NCBI GenBank assembly: GCA_013265495.1 | Contig: MU058198.1 | Coordinates: forward strand, 3,050,419-3,114,418 | Source: Vicugna vicugna | Taxonomy: Eukaryota | Reading direction: 5' to 3' | Length of the DNA stretch: 64,000 bases | In this document: in pieces, positions 1 to 13,215 of the stretch | Numbering within the stretch: the first letter of the stretch is position 1 | Layout of the letters: the number at the start of each line of letters is the position of its first letter | The notes under the pieces: generated by a model | Seen by the model: only the letters and a program-made list of their open reading frames with translations | What the model was told of the DNA's origin: nothing | Databases searched by the model: none | Program-made: the position numbers and the translations under genes

Positions 1-75
1 CATGCTTAGCATGCACAAGGTCCTGGGTTCACTCTCCAGTACCTTCAGTTAAAAAAAAAAGAAGGAAAAAAAAGA
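1..75 (+). mobile_element. tRNA-derived SINE (camelid-type), cut by the window edge
   Basis: catgcttagcatgcacaaggtcctgggttc...A-rich tail, same family as other copies. Confidence 0.85.
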
Positions 76-2275
76 ACAGACATATGGGCCTTTGCTCAAG
101 TGGTATTCTCTATCCCAAACGCCTTTCTCTGAGCCTCTTCCGTTATCCAACCGCTCCTTATCCTTGAAGTCTCGTTAGATATCACCTGCTCCAGGAGGCG
201 TCCCTTCCACAGGCATCTCTCAGTCATGACACTAAGTTTACCAGAAGTCTGCTTACAATCTGTCACCTGCTCTAAAGTGTGGGCTTCAAGCCAACAGAGG
301 CTCCTCTTACCCATTATTGGATAATTAGTAAGGTAGCCATCGGATAGCGTGTTGATTATTTGGCAGCTGTAATACCCAAACATCTGAACTCCTTTGTGAA
401 ACATAGGAACCCCCTTCCCAATCTGGCCCTTCTCACCATTCCAGGCTTATTGGTCCCCGTGGGGCCCCAAAGCTGACCTATTCCAGTTTAACCATAACAG
501 GCTTGGAAAAGAATTCCTAGTTGGAGTGCTCTGATGGTCATTCTTTAAGATCCACCCCAAACAACATTCTGTAGTAAATCCTCTACCGTCCCTCTCTGCA
601 CCCACCCCTTACTGCCAAGCTAGGGAAACACAAGTTAGAAACAACAGTGCAGTGAGTATTGTCATAATCTAAACTTGGTCCATCCCTGCAACTATCTCCT
701 TAAGCTGACACGTTGGACCGAAGGGAATGCAAATTTCATATTTTGACACCTATTGTCAAGCTCACCTCGAGAAAGGTTTTATCCTGCCAACAATTATGGG
801 GTGGGGGGAGGCCGCACATTTCCCAAACCCAAGGCAGTATTGATATTTTCAGTCTTTTTCACATTGGCAAATTCGATGAACAAAAAAATGGCATGTTAAT
901 ATGCTTTTATCTGTAGGAGTGAAGTTGAACATCATATTCTGGTCTTGCAGGCATCCAGCATCTACACAGACTTTCTATTGGAAGAGGATACCAAATTATG
1001 CAGGACAACTCAAGCTCCATTATGAAAACTGAGCAGGGGCTGGGGAGAAAGTATTCCCTTCCCATTCCTGGAATCTAGAGCCCAGGAAGATGACTTAAGA
1101 AAGACCAGTCAGATGCTCCCACCTGGATCTTGGCTCTGGATGTATTGATCCAAGGTTGGAGATAATGTAGCAAATTAGGGAATCTGGTAGCTCTATGTTC
1201 AGCAGAAGGTACAGTGATGACAGTACCAGGAATGGGGGCAGTGAGTGACCAGCTGGCTGCTCTAGTGGCGAGTTCTTACTGGTGTCTGCCTCCCTGCATT
1301 TCTGCCCAAGCCCGTTTCTCCAGCTCTGTTTATTCTATGAGCTAACTTACAGTCTTCCTATAAATTCTTTTGTTGCTAAAACTAACCAGTTTCCATTGTT
1401 TGCAATCAAGAAAGTGACTGGTAATGCCTTTTTATTAGCACTTTGTAGTTTTGCTGGTGTAATTTACCTGTGCACATCGTTTGCCTATTTTTCCTTTGGT
1501 GTGTTCCTTTTATCAATACTGGTTAATAAAAGTACTATGAGTTATATTATCCCTTGGTCTATGCCTTCCATTTGGTTATTTTCCTTTCACCATATTTGTA
1601 GCATTTTTACATCAAATAGAGAATTTTAATCATTTTATATACTCAAATTGAACCTTTTGTTCTTTAAAGGTTTCTGTTTTTTTTTTTTTAACACGCTTAG
1701 ACATTTCAAGAGCATAAGAATACTCATCTGTGTTTTCATTTAGTGCTGTTATGGTTTCTTTTTTTTTTTTAATTCCTTTTTCTTACTTTCAGTAGAAAGT
1801 CTCCATCAGGAATTTATTTTTGTGTAAGAAATGAGGTAAGAATCTTACCTTTTTCCTCACCTACAAGGCTAGCCAGTTGTCCTAGCACCATTTTTTTTAA
1901 ATAATCTAAACTTTTCCACTGCTTTAAAATATCACTTTTTATCATATATTAGACTCCACATACATTTAGAGTTTTTTAAATCTCTTTTTACCTTATTTGA
2001 TATGTCTTTATATTCCACGATAATATGATTTAGAATAAATTGAAATGTCTGGTAGAGCAATACTTCCTAGTATTTTATTGGCCATTCTCTCAGATGAATT
2101 TAATTATTGGGGGGATTAATTTAAACAGATTAAGGAAATTTGACATCATCATAATATGTATCTTCTTATCTGAGAATAAAGTATTTTTTTAAAAATTATG
2201 CTGAAGTTCTCCATGTCCCTCAGAGTACTATAATTTCCTTCCGTAGGCCTGTGTAATGTTAATAAGCATATTCCT

Positions 2276-2412
2276 GGGGGAGGGTATAGATCAGTTGTAG
2301 AGCGCATGCTTAGCATGCACGAGGTCCTGGGTTCAATCCCCAGTACCTCCATTAATATAAATAAGTAAATAATAAATCTAATTACCTCCCCCCAAAACAA
2401 AACAAAACAAAA
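2276..2412 (+). mobile_element. tRNA-derived SINE (camelid-type)
   Basis: A-box/B-box (ggttcaatccc), A-rich tail, TSD ttaat(a/g)ag(ca/tg)tattcct. Confidence 0.9.
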
Positions 2413-2985
2413 TTAATGAGTGTATTCCTGTTTGTTGCTATTATGAATGGGGTATTTTATGCCACTATTTATGCCAATATATTTTCTGTTGCTTGTCTCT
2501 AGCACAGAATTATTTTTGCAACTAGCCACCTTGATGTACTTGAGTTCTTTCTCACAATTTTAAATTGGTTCTCTTAGGTTTTTCAGGAATTCATATCAAT
2601 GTATAAGATAATAACCTGGCCTCATCTTTTAAAACATTTGTAGCTCATCTTTTCCTTTCTCTTTTCTAGTTGCCGTTCTAGAATTCTGTTAAGGAATAGA
2701 AATGAGAGTGGGAAAGCCTGCCTTGTTCCTAACACTATGCTTCACCATTAACCTTGATGGTTGCTTTTGGTCTGAGGTATGTATTATTTATTGCATTAAA
2801 GTGATATCCATTCACTTCTACTTCAGAAAAGGTTTATTATCAGAAATGGGTCTTGAATCTTATCAAATGCCTCTGGGCATCAACAGAAATGAGAAGATAT
2901 TTTTCTCCACTTTGACCTGTAGACCCATCACAAGTTCTTGGTAGCAAACAACATAAACTACTTTCAGCTAACTTAAACAGAAAGA

Positions 2986-3367
2986 ATTCTAAGTGAAGTA
3001 AGCCAGAAGAGAAAGAAAAATACCATATGAGATTGCTCATATGTGGAATCTAAAACAAACAAACAAACAAAGCGTAAATACAAAACAGAAATAGACTCAT
3101 AGACATAGAATACAAAGTTGTGGTTGCCAAGGGGGCGGGGATGGGAAGGGATAGACTGGGATTTCAAAATGCAAAATAGATAAACAAGATTATACTGTAT
3201 GGTACAGGGAAATATATACAAGATCTTATGGTAGCTCACAGAGAAAAAAATGTGACAATGAATATATATATGTTCATGTATAACTGAAAAATTGTGCTGT
3301 ATGCTGGAATTTGACACAACATTGTAAAATGATTATAAATCAATTAAAAATGTTTAAAAAAAAAAAC
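2986..3367 (+). mobile_element. Young 5'-truncated L1 (3' UTR)
   Basis: L1 3' UTR motifs, poly-A, TSD aaacagaaaga (2975-2985, 3368-3378). Confidence 0.88.
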
Positions 3368-5329
3368 AAACAGAAAGAGAGTTTTTTGAGAGGATAGATC
3401 TCCAGAAGCTCATAGAACTGTCAGGAAAGCTTCAGAATCAGAGTTGGGAAACCAAGGAAGACTGTACATAGTCAGGACCCTGCACCAGAAAATGCTGCCT
3501 TAAGCATCTTAAGTGTAAAGACGAAGCTGGACACTCTGCTGGCACCACCATAGGATGATGGCAGCCACATTTCTGGACCCTTGGTTCTGTTCTAGCAGAT
3601 ATGAATAATCTTGAATAATTTCTGGTTGTTCTTGAACTTTTGCTATCATACCTTCAAAATTCTAAGCCCAAGGTGGAAGCATTCATTTGATTGAGCCAAA
3701 CCCTAGGTCTGATCACTAGCTGCTGGGAAGTTGGATGGGAACCATATCTTCTTACAGCTTCCTTAGTGGGAGACAGACCTGCCCCTGTCCCATTCATTCC
3801 CTCCAAAAGGAAGACTATTCAAAGCTGGTCAGTTTTTAAAAAACCACTGTGAAGCCTCCCTATTTTCTTTAGACTCTGAAACAATTTAAAGGATGTATTT
3901 TCAAAAGTTGTAAGAATTCACCCAGTTAACTCTCTGGATCTAGTAGGGCAAGCAGTTTTTGAAATAGTCTGTAATTTCCATCCATTAATATTGGTCTGCC
4001 TCAATTTTCTTTCTCCTACCGAATTAATTTTAGTCATTTTGTTTTGCTAGAAAATCACCCCTGTTTTCCAATTTGCGGGCAAAATCTAACAAAGAATTAT
4101 CTTAAAATTCTACTTTTTGTTTGTTTGCTTTTTGGCTCAGGACCATGGAAGTGAGTTAAAAATATCCCTCTATTTGTGACTCTGTTATCATTGGTGTGTG
4201 GCAATGACCTCCCCTGTCCCTAAGTTCTTTCTTCTTTTCAAGAAGCTCCAGGATTGCGCCCCACCTAGACCCATGGGATCCTTCAGCCCACTCTGTGTGC
4301 CCATCCTCCAGCTGTGTGCGTTGCTTGGACTCTCTTTGCACCTGTGACTCTCTTCTGGCGCTTGCCTTTGGGCTACTGCACTGCTCTGTCTACACCGCAG
4401 AGAGCTGGAAGTGCCTGGGGCTTAGGTCTTCTGGGATGACCCTTAGCCAATGACTGTTGGGTGCAGGAGTATGGAAGCCAGCTTCTCTGCCTCCGTCATG
4501 ACAAATTCTGAGGCATACCTTATATTCGAGAGCTTCCTGCAGGATTAGGGATGAAGGTACTCCTCCTTCCAGGACCTTGCACCAAATCCCATCTTTGCTT
4601 GATTTCTTCCTTTTCCATGACCTGCTCCCCTCACCCCTGATGACTTTCTTCCATGAGCTCTTTCTAAAACCCACTTACCTAAAACTCATCTCGTTGTCTG
4701 GTTCTGGGGAACTGGTCGAAATCAAAGATGATTTAATTCAGTCCCTGCCCTTAAAGATTGGTATACGATCTAATGAATTATACTGTAACACCTAGATGCT
4801 GTCATCTGCATATGAATGAAATCCGGTGAGAGTACAGAGGATGAAGTTAATAACTCAATTGAGAGGAGACAGTGAACATTGCATTTAGAAAGTGTTAGTT
4901 AATCAGGGTTTTTAAGGATGAAGAGGAGTTGGCCAGATAGGAAATATAGTGTGGAGATGGGGTGTTACAAGCAGAAACAAAATGGCCAAAAACTTACAAT
5001 TACAAATAACATGTGGTTTCTATGCTTTAGGAATTCAAAATGTAGCGAGTGAACTTGGGAAACCAAACAGATCTCAGAGAAATTATGAATAAAAATATTA
5101 AAAAGGGATTTTTAAAAGGGCTAGAATAAAGATGTTGTTCTAGCCTCAGAGAATGGAGTTGGGTTTGGAAGAAAGAAAATGAGTTTTCTAGTCAAGGAAG
5201 GGAGTAAAGGAAATTTAAGAAGAGAAAAATTGCATGTGTAATGACATAGGGACAGGAAAAGGCTTCATATGTCAATAAGGCTCAAGTTCAAGGTAGTTGG
5301 ACAGACTCAGAAGTCCATGATGAGCAAAG

Positions 5330-5844
5330 TGTTACCAAGTCCAAATGCGTTCTGCTCACCCCATGACAGACCAATAAATCAGGCGACAAGGGGCTGGGGC
5401 AAGGAATGACGACTTTATTTAGAAAGCTGGCAGACCGAGAAGATGGCAGACTAATGTCCTGAAGAACCATCTTCTAAGTCAGAATTCAAGCTCCTTTTAT
5501 ACTAAAAAGGGAAAGGGGGTGTGGTTGTTGCAAACTTCTTGGTGTGGAATCTTTTGTTCTTGCAGCTGTCCACATGGGTCAGGTCATGGTGTCCTTGTAA
5601 ACCTCCAACAGAACAAATACTGTTTTCTGTTCTACAACTTTTTATCTTTATGTGAATGGAAAAGTGTTAATACCCTTGAAAGTCAGAGCCTTGAGAATAG
5701 ACTATCCTATATATTTCAGGCTATAGGCAACATTCTTTTACAAAAGGTGCCCAGCCAGCAAGACTAAGCCTAGGAAACAGAGCACAGGGTTAAAGCCAAA
5801 GGAACAGATCTAATGTGGAGTCAGATTTGCTCTTTTCTATTACA
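5330..5844 (-). mobile_element. Solo LTR, ERV1 class
   Basis: TG...CA termini, 4-bp TSD AAAG (5326-5329, 5845-5848), minus-strand TATAAAA (5495-5501) and AATAAA (5414-5419). Confidence 0.85.
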
Positions 5845-5994
5845 AAAGTATGTTCTTGGCACTCATTTCCTTTTGAAAGGAAGAGTCTCAGTGTGGTGCT
5901 CAAATGTTTTGTAAACCTCCCCACCACTTGCTAATCTCTTTCTCTCCTCTGTTTACACACAAATTCAGAGCCTTCTGCAGGCAACAGTAATGGG

Positions 5995-6545
5995 GTAGTT
6001 TGTGGTTCACATCCCACATGCTCTTTGAGAACCTGGCTACTCCTTAACAAGAGTAGAATGTGTACCCCTTCCCTTTTGAAACTTGGTAAGCTTCTGAAAC
6101 TGCCTTGACTAATAGAATTCAGCAGAAGTGACACTATGTGACTTCTGAGGCCAGGTCGTAAAAGGTGTACACCTTCCATTTCTCTGTCTCTCTCTCTCTT
6201 TCTCTCTCTCTCTCAGTATTCACCCTTGGAACCCAGCCACCATGCTGTGAGGAAGTCCAAGCCACACTGGCAGGGCCACATGGAAAAGAATTAAGCCTGA
6301 GGACCCAAACTCTAGGCCCTAGCTGAGCTCCTGCTGATAATCAGCACCAACTCATTAGCCATACAGGTGAGCAGTCTTGGAAGTGGGTCCCCTAGCCTTC
6401 TGTCAGTCCAGCCCAGTGATGCCCACGGAGCACGGACAAGCCTTCGTTGCCAAGCCCTGCCCAGGCTGCAGATTCAGACAAAACAAACTGTTGCATGATT
6501 TTAACCCATTAAGTTATGGGGTAATTTGTTACAACTGGATAACAG
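5995..6545 (+). mobile_element. MaLR LTR (MLT1G/H-like)
   Basis: ggaacccagccaccatgctgtgaggaag...ttttaacccattaagttatggggtaatttgttac. Confidence 0.7.
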
Positions 6546-7221
6546 AACAAGTATCTAGATTGATTTTAATCACATTATTTTGATTTCCTCTATTCATTTT
6601 TACATTCTCCCTCTATTTAGAGCAAGACAGATTTTCTACTTGCTGCTATGATACGAAGTTTCATTTTTAAATGCCTCTTGAGTGTGATCTCCACTTGTTC
6701 CAAAGAACAAAAAGTGTGGGAGGGGAAAAATAGTTTGTGATGGAGAGACCTGGCAGACACTGCCTTAACCAAGTGATAGAAGTTAACACACTCAGAGATA
6801 AGTCATGTTGAGGTCAAGTAATGCCTTGTGTTAGTGAGGGTTCTACAGAGAAACAGAACCAATAGGTGGAGGGGTGTGTGTGTATGATGAGCATAAAAGA
6901 AAAAAAAAGATATAAATCTGAAAAACAGATATCAAGAAAGGGGACTACAGTCAATGAAAGACTATATAAACCATCAGAAAAACGGAAGCCACTGTGTATT
7001 TGGAGTTACAAGGGGGGAATTTGGGACTTACCCCACCAATGTAAGGTTGGGGCATGCAGGACAGACAAGCCACTATCACCAGTCTCAGCCTGTAGCACCA
7101 AAGTGAATGAATTTCCAGAAGCAGCCTAGGAGCTCTGTGCATCCCAAGGGCAGGGCCGGGTCTAGGTTAGCGAGGCAGTCGCCTTGGACACGAACTTTAA
7201 GAGGGTACCAAAACACTGAGG

Positions 7222-7716
7222 TATTACGGGGTCTCCAGAGAAAGAGAACCAACAGAATTGATATATACATAAAAGGAGATTTATTATAGGACTTGCCTCA
7301 CATGGTTGTGGAGACTGAGAAGTCCTGCAATTTGCTGTCTGTGAGCCAGAGATCTAGGAAAGCTGCTGGTATAATTCCGAAGGCCTGAGAATCACAGGGC
7401 CAGTGGTGTCTGAATCAGAACCCGGGTGCTGATGTCCAAGGGCAGTAGACAAATGGCCCAGCTTAAGTAAAAGAAAAAAAGAAAGAAAGAAAAAAAAATC
7501 AAATTCACCCTTCCTCTGCCTTTTAGTTCCATCCAGGCCCTCAGTGGAATGAGTGATGCCTATCTACATTGGCAAAGGACATCTTCATTACTCAGTCTGA
7601 TTCGAATGCTAATCTCTTCCAGAAACATCTTCACAGACACACCCAGAAATCCTGTTTTACCAGTTTTCTGGGCATTCCTTAGCCCAGTCAAGTTGACACA
7701 TAAAATTTACCATCAC
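7222..7716 (-). mobile_element. MLT2-like ERVL LTR
   Basis: tctccagagaaagagaaccaacag...cacagacacacccagaaat...caagttgacacataaaatttaccatcaca. Confidence 0.78.
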
Positions 7717-8359
7717 AACTCACTTATCAAAATGAAGACAATTTTAATACAATACTTTAAAAAAAAAAACTGAATACAAGAAAAAAATCCACAATGAATA
7801 AAATGTCAACATTTTAAAACAAGATTTTTTAAACTTAAAATTTTTTTAATTTAAAAAATTTAAGACAGAAAGCAGTCTGATCCTGCGTTTGAATGACCTT
7901 GCCTGCCTCACTTCACCCCAATCCCAGCACTGCTCAATAGCTCTGGGGGAACCCCGTGATCTTCTCAGCTACCCATAGAACTAAAAGGTGTGACTTATAG
8001 CCTTTGCCTGGAAGCTGCTGAGAACTTCAAGTTTGCTGTCTGCTCACCAGTGTGCCCACAATTACCCCCAGAGAGTAACAATTTCTCTTTTATCTTTCAA
8101 ATTATTTGCCAGTGTCTCTCATTAGCAAACACAAAGAAAAATTCTTGGCTTCTTCCCTGTGATGCAGAGGGAACTACAAGATGGAGGTAATGCTGTCAAG
8201 TTAATAGCAGAAAATCCTGCAGAGAGATGTCAAGATGTTCCAAAAGCTGGAAATCAGGTAAAAATGTGAGCAGCACTGAGAAATACAAATATCAAATAGT
8301 TGCAGAGAAGAAGAAAATCACAGGCAAACCAAGCGTAGCATCTCTAAAAGGCCCACGTT

Positions 8360-8745
8360 TTGAGTTGAAGTGTATCCTCCTCCTCCCCCCAAATTCCTGG
8401 GATGAAGTCCTAAACCCAGTACTTTGAATGTGATTGTATTTGGAGACAGAGTCTTTTAAAAGGTAATCAAGTTAAAATGAGGTCATTAGGGTGGGCCCTA
8501 GTCCAATACAGTAGTAGCTGATGTCCTTGTAAGAAGAGATTAGGACACAGACGCACACAAAGGGAAGACTATGTGAAGACACAGGGAGAAGATAGCCGTC
8601 TATAAGCCAAGGAAAGAGGTCACAGAAGAAACCAACTCTGCCAATAGCTTGATCTTGGACTTCTAATCTCCAGAGCTGTGATAAAATAAGTTTCTGTTTT
8701 TCAAGCCCACCAGTAATTTGTTATGACAGCCCCAGCAACTAATAA
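8360..8745 (+). mobile_element. MLT1A/B-like MaLR LTR
   Basis: gtaatcaagttaaaatgaggtcattagggtgggccct...cttgatcttggacttct. Confidence 0.78.
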
Positions 8746-9279
8746 AGTCAGGAATTAGAGACATCAGAAGAAAAGATGGGGTAAAACTTGGGGCTTACAA
8801 TAGGGATCCTAGTTGAAAGTCTACACATTTACACCTTCGAGTACCCTCACTTAGCACACACGTTCAAGGAAATGACACTTCTAGCTCCAATTTCCATCAG
8901 GACGTACAGTCGACAAAGACATTAAACTAGAGAGATTCCAAGCTCTGAGAAACAAGGCCGAGGAAAGGGCAGGCAAGAGTAACTAATCTGAAAACTGGGG
9001 AACCAAGTCAGAGACCTAGAGTGAGACACCTTTCCTGACCCAACCCACTTTTGCCATTTTGTCCCACACTGGTACGAATGACTGTCAGCAGGAAATTGGC
9101 GTTATTTTCTAGAGAAGTAGGGCTCTGAAAAAATCCACAGACAGTGATATTTGGGAGTCTGACAAATGGCTGGATTCCTCCTGAACGTCCTACATTGAAG
9201 TCCTCTGAGTTAAAAAATCACATGTCACATCTACAGCTTTTTGTTACCTCACTGTTAAAGCTGGTTAGCTCAGGATCAT

Positions 9280-10620
9280 CAGACATTTGAGAAAAACCAC
9301 AAACTTTGAAAGACAAGCAAAGCAAGCAATCAGAAAAGAAGAAAAAGAAGAAGGAGGAGGAGGAGGAGAAGTTTGGAGGAAATTGAGACAAAGCAGAGAG
9401 ATGAAGAAAACTTTTTAAAAATTGTACCTAACTTGCCCAAAGAGATAAGAAAAGATATTGCATCTATGAAACAATAACATGATTTAAAAACAAGAGTATA
9501 AATAACTTTTGGGAATTAAAGTTTTGATAGAAGAAATTTAAAGTTGAACTCAAGAGTAGGACAATCAGTGTTAGCCACTACATACAAAAATAGATTTAAA
9601 AAATAGTTTCTTTTGTATAGCACAGGGAACAATGCTCAATATCTTGTAATAACCTTTAATGGAAAAAATATGAAAACAAATATATGTATGTATATTCAAG
9701 ACTGGGACATTGTGCTGCACATCAGAAATTAACACATTGTAATTGACTGTACTTCAATAAATAAAAAAAGTTGGACAATCAAGTTGAAGAAATCTCAACT
9801 TAGAGCAAAATTTAAAAGATAGCAGATGAGAAAAAGGAAAGAAAAGATAATGAAATTAGAGAATTAATTCATTGAAGTTCAATATTCAACTGACAGAAAT
9901 TCTACAAAGAGAACAGTAATTTCCAGTGAGAAGTAATAGAAGACAATGTCTAGTATTGAAGAACATGAATGTCTAGATTAAAAGTACACAGCACTATTTG
10001 AAAAAGATCCCCACAAGGCATGTAATTGGAAAATTTTAGAACATCAAGTACAAAAATATCATGAAAACTTCATAGTGAAAAAAAAGTCACGAAAGGAAAA
10101 CAAAAAGGAAAAAGGGGGGAACAAGTGGAAATCAGACTTCCACAAACAGTACAAGAAACTAAACACAATGAAGTAATGCCTTCAAATTAATGAGAGAGTC
10201 TTATTTCCAACCTAGAATTCTATTCCAGGCTAACTATGTTAATCATGTGTGAGGATGGGATTAAAGGCAATGCCTCAAAAAATGTGCTTCCCATGACTTC
10301 TTTGTCAAGAGGCTATCAGAAAATATAGTCAGCCTAAATAAGAGATTAAACCGTAAAGACTGAAAGCCAGGACACAGAAAACCCAGCACAAAGAGAGGCT
10401 GGAGAAAGCTCCAGAATGCTAGTGAACAACAAGTGCAGAATGAGTAAGATTAGAGAAGACGCCAAAGATGGAAAAAAGGAAAACATGATGTGTCTAACTA
10501 CATAAAAAAGAATTTTTTTAGTGACACTTTGCAATTCTGTTGAAGGTTTAGGAAGACTTGGAGACATATAAAGCTAAGCAAACAAAGACAAGAAGCCATA
10601 ACTACAAGGAAAACAAACAA
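9280..10620 (+). mobile_element. Ancient L1M ORF1-region fossil (interrupted by a younger L1)
   Basis: A-rich degenerate L1 ORF1 motifs (ccaacctagaattctattccagg); boundaries approximate. Confidence 0.55.
9568..9769 (+). mobile_element. 5'-truncated L1 3' end
   Basis: tgtatagcacagggaac...attgtaattgactgtacttcaataa; TSD ggacaatca. Confidence 0.82.
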
Positions 10621-11184
10621 GGTGACCAATGGAGGATACTTAATTATAATATATGACCCAGATCAGTATGGAATGTTATGTACCTCAGTCAAATAACACA
10701 AAACACTAAATAAAAACTGTGCTTTAGTCACACTGAGAGGTTGGTAGGAGTATGTGGTACTAAGAAAGTGCTAAATCTTTTTCTGCACTGTGGCCGTCAG
10801 TGCTGGTTACCCAGCTAGTATCTATTCTCCCTTTATGATTTACCAATAGAACTCTGATTTTCTTTGGGGGCAGCAATGAACCCAGTTTAAAACTTCCATT
10901 TTCACTTCCCCTGCATCTAGGAGTAGCCAGACAGAGTTCTAATGTCTGATATGTCTGTAGAGATTTCTTGGAAAGTTTTTCTTTCCCAGTCTAGGTGCTA
11001 TCCATTTCACCTTGTCACTTGCTTCTTCCTCCCAGGAAAGCATCTTCCAGACCAAGTAATGAAGCAGTCATCTTGTGATCCTCAAATGCTAAGGATGGTG
11101 CAGCCAAAGAAAACAGGAGACTGGACCTTGACGTCCTTGAACAGCTGCATTAACTTCTAGGGACTGGTAACACAGCAGAATGTG

Positions 11185-11620
11185 AAATGTAAGACAAAAT
11201 CATTTATGATCAACACCAAAACTCATCAGATATCTGGGAATAAATCTGATAAGAAACATGAGACCTCCACACTAAAAACTACAAAATATTGCTGAAAGAA
11301 ATTAAGAAAATCTCAATAAATGAAAGGATATACCGTATTCATAGTTAGAAGACTCAATATTGTAAAGACAATATTGTAATGTCAGTTCTAGTAAAATTGG
11401 CCCATAGATTCAACATATCCCCTATCAAAACCACAGCAAGCTTTTTTTGTGGAATTTGACAAGCTAATTCTAAACTTTTTAAAGACATGCAAAAGACTGG
11501 AATTTGACACAACACTGTAAAATGATTATTAATCAATAAAAAATGTAAAAACATGCAAAAGACCTAGAATAGTCTTGAAGAATGAGGACTTGCACTACCA
11601 GAGATCAAGACCTTACATAA
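11185..11620 (+). mobile_element. Ancient L1M ORF2 fossil with a nested 53-bp young L1 tail (11498-11550)
   Basis: gaagactcaatattgtaaaga...ttgacaagctaattctaaa; nested insert flanked by TSD acatgcaaaagac. Confidence 0.8.
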
Positions 11621-11759
11621 TTAACTTATCTGTATGACTTTGCTGTTACCGCCTCTTTATCATTGCCTTTCTTCCACTTTCTTTATGTTTTATTTTGATG
11701 TTCTTTTTCCAGATTCTTGATATGGCAGCTTAGAGTACTGATTTTCAGATATTCTTTAA

Positions 11760-12645
11760 AAAATTCTTTTGACTTTTTATTTTGAAATAATAAGACACAC
11801 AAGGAGTTGCAAAACTACTACTTAGAGTTTCCTTGAACCCTTCACCCAGCTTCTGCCTATGATGACGTCTTATACAACTGATGTGCAATGTCAAAACCAG
11901 GAAACCAACATTAGCACAATATTGTTAAGTAGGCTACAAACTTTATTCGGTTATCACCAGTTTCAAATGCATTCATCTATCTGTGTATGTGGGAAGAGGA
12001 GATTCTGTGCAGTTTGGTCCCATGGATAGATTTATGTAACCACACTACAATCAAAATACGGAATTGATCTATCACCACAAAGCAACTCCCTCCTGGTACC
12101 TATCTCTGTTCCCACTCACCCTCTCTTACCTCCATCCCTGTCCCATAGCAACCATCAATCTGTTCTCCATCTCCATAGTTTAGTCTATTTGATAATGTTA
12201 TATAAATGGCCTCATACAGTGTGTGACCTTTTGAAATTAGCTTTTTGCACTAAACATAATGCCCTTGAGATCCATCCATGTTGTTACATTTATCAATATT
12301 CATTCTTTTTTTTTTTTGATTGCTGAACGGTATTCCTTTGTACAGACATATCAATTCGTTTAACCATTCGCCTACTGAAGAACTTTTGGGTTACTCCCAG
12401 TTTTTTACTATTACAAATAAAACTGTTAAGAACATTCACACAGAAGTATTTGTCTAGACATGAATTTTCATTTCTCTGGGAAAAATGCCCAAGGATGTGA
12501 TTGCTAAGTTTTATGATAAACGCATGTTTGGTTTTACAAGGAACTGCCAAACTGTTTTCCATAGTACCAGTTTGTACTCTGAATGTACCAGTACATTCCA
12601 ACCAGAAGCAGTATGAGACATCAAGTTTCTCTGCATCTTTGCCAA
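11760..12645 (-). mobile_element. Old L1M 3' UTR
   Basis: gcaaccatcaatctgttctccatctccatagtt, gagatccatccatgttg, aactgccaaactgttttcca. Confidence 0.75.
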
Positions 12646-12654
12646 GAATTATTC

Positions 12655-12824
12655 TTTTTTTGGGTGGGGGAGTGTGGTAATTAGGTTGGTTGGTTTGTTT
12701 GTTTATTTATCTATCTATCTATCTATCCATCTATTTATTTATTTTAATGGACATACTGGGAATTGAACTCAGGACCTTGTGCATACTAAGCACACACTCT
12801 ACCACTGATCTAGACCCTTCCCCC
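12655..12824 (-). mobile_element. tRNA-derived SINE with internal microsatellite
   Basis: Reverse complement of family consensus; TSD aagaa(t/a)tattct. Confidence 0.88.
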
Positions 12825-12879
12825 AAGAAATATTCTTTTTAAATGTATGCATTAGAGTTATAAATTTCCATCTGACGTG

Positions 12880-13215
12880 CTGTCCTGTGTTCCTAAGCAC
12901 AAGAAGGCTGCCACGTGCTTTTCAGACAAAGTATGTGTATTAGATAAGCTTCATTCATGCATGAGTCATAATGCCATTGGCCATGAGTTCAATGCTGATG
13001 AGCCAAAAATATGCATTAAATAAGGTATTTTTAAGCAGAAACTCATTTTTAAAAGTTATTTGTTGATCAGTTAGCGAATATGTTTTAACCAGAGGCTTGC
13101 AGGAACCTAACTCTATAGTTCTTCTAAGAGCAATGGTTCAGTATTTGCTAACTCAGTGTTTGTGGTGACTTCATAGAACATAACTACCACAAGTGCAAAT
13201 ATCAAGAATCAACTG
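12880..13215 (+). mobile_element. MER44/Tigger7-like DNA transposon fossil
   Basis: cctaagcacaagaaggctg...tagataagcttcattca...gcaggaacctaac...gaatcaactg recognised as the MER44 3' half. Confidence 0.75.

Noticed and set aside
2276..2350. tRNA-like sequences with A and B boxes (nine copies)
   Set aside because: They have A-rich tails and TSDs, so they are SINEs rather than tRNA genes.
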